NCBI GenBank assembly: GCA_963668625.2
Contig: CAXXKA010000001.1
Coordinates: forward strand, 576,001 to 640,000
DNA from: an uncultured candidate division Zixibacteria bacterium
Lineage (GTDB): Bacteria; Zixibacteria; MSB-5A5; UBA10806; 4484-95
Direction of reading: 5' to 3'
Length of the DNA stretch: 64,000 nt
In this document: positions 62,262 through 64,000 of the stretch, piece by piece
Layout: each line of letters opens with the position of its first letter
Numbering within the stretch: the stretch's first letter is position 1
Made by a program: the position numbers and the translations under genes
Notes under the pieces: model-generated
Told to the model about the DNA's origin: nothing
Databases searched by the model: none
The model's input: the letters and a program-made list of their open reading frames with translations, nothing else

Positions 62262-62819
62262 ATGCTAAAAGAGATCAATAAAGACGTGGAAAGCAGAATG
62301 CAGAAGGCTATCGATGCCGTGAACAGGGAACTGGCACAGGTTAGAACCGGCAAAGCTACTCCGAAAATCCTCGATGGCATCAGGGTCGAATACTACGGAA
62401 CCCCAACAGCTTTGAATCAGGTTGCCTCGATTAGCAGCCCCGACCCTAAACTTCTGGTTGTGCAACCCTGGGAACAGACAATAATTCCCGATATTGTCAA
62501 AGCTATTCAGAAAGCCGATCTCGGATTGAATCCCATCGCCGAAGGGAATCTCGTGCGGCTGCCCATTCCGCCTTTAACCGAGGAACGCCGCCAGGATATG
62601 GTGAAGCTGGTGAAGAAGCTGGGCGAGGATGGCAAAGTAGCGGTCAGGAACGTTCGCCGTGACGCCAATGACAAACTCAAAAAAGCCGAGAAGAATTCGG
62701 AGATCACCGAGGATGACCTGAAATTAGGTCAGAAACAGGTTCAGGATCATACCGATAACTTCACCCAATTGATCGACGAGATCGTTAACTCTAAAGAAAA
62801 AGAGCTGATGGAAATTTAG
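62262..62819 (+). CDS. frr: Ribosome recycling factor
   Basis: VRTGKA, PPLTEERR, VRNVRRDAN. Confidence 0.97.
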   Translation: MLKEINKDVESRMQKAIDAVNRELAQVRTGKATPKILDGIRVEYYGTPTALNQVASISSPDPKLLVVQPWEQTIIPDIVKAIQKADLGLNPIAEGNLVRLPIPPLTEERRQDMVKLVKKLGEDGKVAVRNVRRDANDKLKKAEKNSEITEDDLKLGQKQVQDHTDNFTQLIDEIVNSKEKELMEI

Positions 62820-62822
62820 TTG

Positions 62823-63587
62823 ATGTCAGTCGTTGATGAGTTAAGAAATCAGGTTGAGGCAGACGGCAACATACCTGCTCATATAGCAATCATCATGGAT
62901 GGCAACGGACGCTGGGCCTGTAATCGTGGCTTGCCGAGAACGGCAGGACATGAGCAGGGAGTAAAGTCCGTTAAGAAAATAGTCCGTGCCGCCGGTAATA
63001 TCAACCTCCAGTACCTGACTCTGTATACCTTCTCCACGGAAAACTGGAAGCGCCCCAAGCACGAGGTCTCGGCTATCATGAGACTTCTGGCAAGAACCAC
63101 TCGCAACGAGCTTAACGAGCTTCTAGAGAACAATGTCAAGCTCATTACCACCGGCGATATCGAGGCGCTTTCTCCCGGAAGACGAGATATACTCAAGGAT
63201 GCTAAAAAGCGTACTGCCGGTAATACCGGCTTGACTCTAAATCTGGCTCTTAACTATTCGGGACGATTCGAGATAATGCAGGCGGTGAAAAATATCGCGC
63301 TGGATGTCGAAGCGAAAAAAATCAAACCCACCGAGTTGAACGAGCAGTCATTCGTAAAATACCTTCAAACGAACGGCCTGCCCGATCCTGATTTTCTGAT
63401 CAGGACCTCTGGCGAGCTTCGTATTTCCAATTTCCTTCTCTGGCAGATGGCTTACACCGAGATCTATGTCACGGATGTGCTCTGGCCCGATTTCGGCGAG
63501 GAGGATTTTTTCAAAGCTATACTCGACTATCAACGTCGGGACAGACGTTTTGGCAAGGTTAAAACTACCGAACCATCCGGGGAATAA
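62823..63587 (+). CDS. uppS: Undecaprenyl diphosphate synthase
   Basis: HIAIIMDGNGRW, FSTENWKR, RTSGELRISNFLLWQ. Confidence 0.96.
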   Translation: MSVVDELRNQVEADGNIPAHIAIIMDGNGRWACNRGLPRTAGHEQGVKSVKKIVRAAGNINLQYLTLYTFSTENWKRPKHEVSAIMRLLARTTRNELNELLENNVKLITTGDIEALSPGRRDILKDAKKRTAGNTGLTLNLALNYSGRFEIMQAVKNIALDVEAKKIKPTELNEQSFVKYLQTNGLPDPDFLIRTSGELRISNFLLWQMAYTEIYVTDVLWPDFGEEDFFKAILDYQRRDRRFGKVKTTEPSGE

Positions 63588-63592
63588 CTGGT

Positions 63593-64000
63593 TTGGCCGG
63601 CAACCTTATCCTCAGAGTAATCGTAGCCGTTATCGGCATTCCCGCGCTGGTTTTCATATGTTTACAGGGTGGCTATTATCTGCTCGCTTTTTGTGTGCTC
63701 CTGGTTGGAGTAGGTGGTTATGAACTGGGGGCGATGACCCGTCAGAGAGGCTACCGCACCCGCATGTTTTTCTCGGTATTAATCCCCATCATTTTCGTGC
63801 TTGCGGCATTTTATGGCTATGATTTGCTGAATGTCGTGATAGCCTCATTGTTCATACATGTAATCTTGATTATCTTCGATTACTCCATCATTAGCGAGGC
63901 TGACCTGGGGCAGTTTTTGGGGGAGATGTTTGCCCGGTTGCTGCCGGTATTCTACCTTGGATTGCTGGCCTCGTATATAATACTGCTCGATAAGATTTCC
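63593..64000 (+). CDS. cdsA: Phosphatidate cytidylyltransferase, 5' part (runs off the window)
   Basis: TTG start, (M)AGNLILRVIVAVIGIP hydrophobic ORF; conserved position after uppS. Confidence 0.75.
   Translation, partial: MAGNLILRVIVAVIGIPALVFICLQGGYYLLAFCVLLVGVGGYELGAMTRQRGYRTRMFFSVLIPIIFVLAAFYGYDLLNVVIASLFIHVILIIFDYSIISEADLGQFLGEMFARLLPVFYLGLLASYIILLDKIS

Overview
A 64-kb bacterial chromosomal segment. The many secreted proteins with QNYPNPFN-type C-terminal sorting domains or a dockerin tail suggest candidate phylum Zixibacteria or a related FCB-group lineage (inference). The backbone is housekeeping: GH57 branching enzyme, hldA/hldC, pepP-accB-pilT, accC-gcvH-gcvPA-gcvPB, thiolase/acyl-CoA dehydrogenases/hbd, glyA-rpiB-ilvE, pyrR-pyrB-pyrC, mtnA, and rplM-rpsI-rpsB-tsf-pyrH-frr-uppS-cdsA. 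The intergenic space holds a layered mobile-DNA community: (1) a RAYT (HUH/Y1) transposase flanked by inverted REPs and nested inside another REP family; (2) at least five families of palindromic REP/REPIN elements; (3) three near-identical copies of a 255-bp MITE (14-bp TIRs, 9-bp TSDs) that carries a complete REP doublet as cargo; (4) an IS3 with a GTC TSD that splits an ~807-aa secreted protein; (5) an IS110-family element whose 3' non-coding end reads as a two-loop bridge/seek RNA, with guides matching the reconstructed target and donor junction around an AG core. No tRNA, rRNA or CRISPR array was seen. Product calls come from motif recognition and gene context, not database searches.
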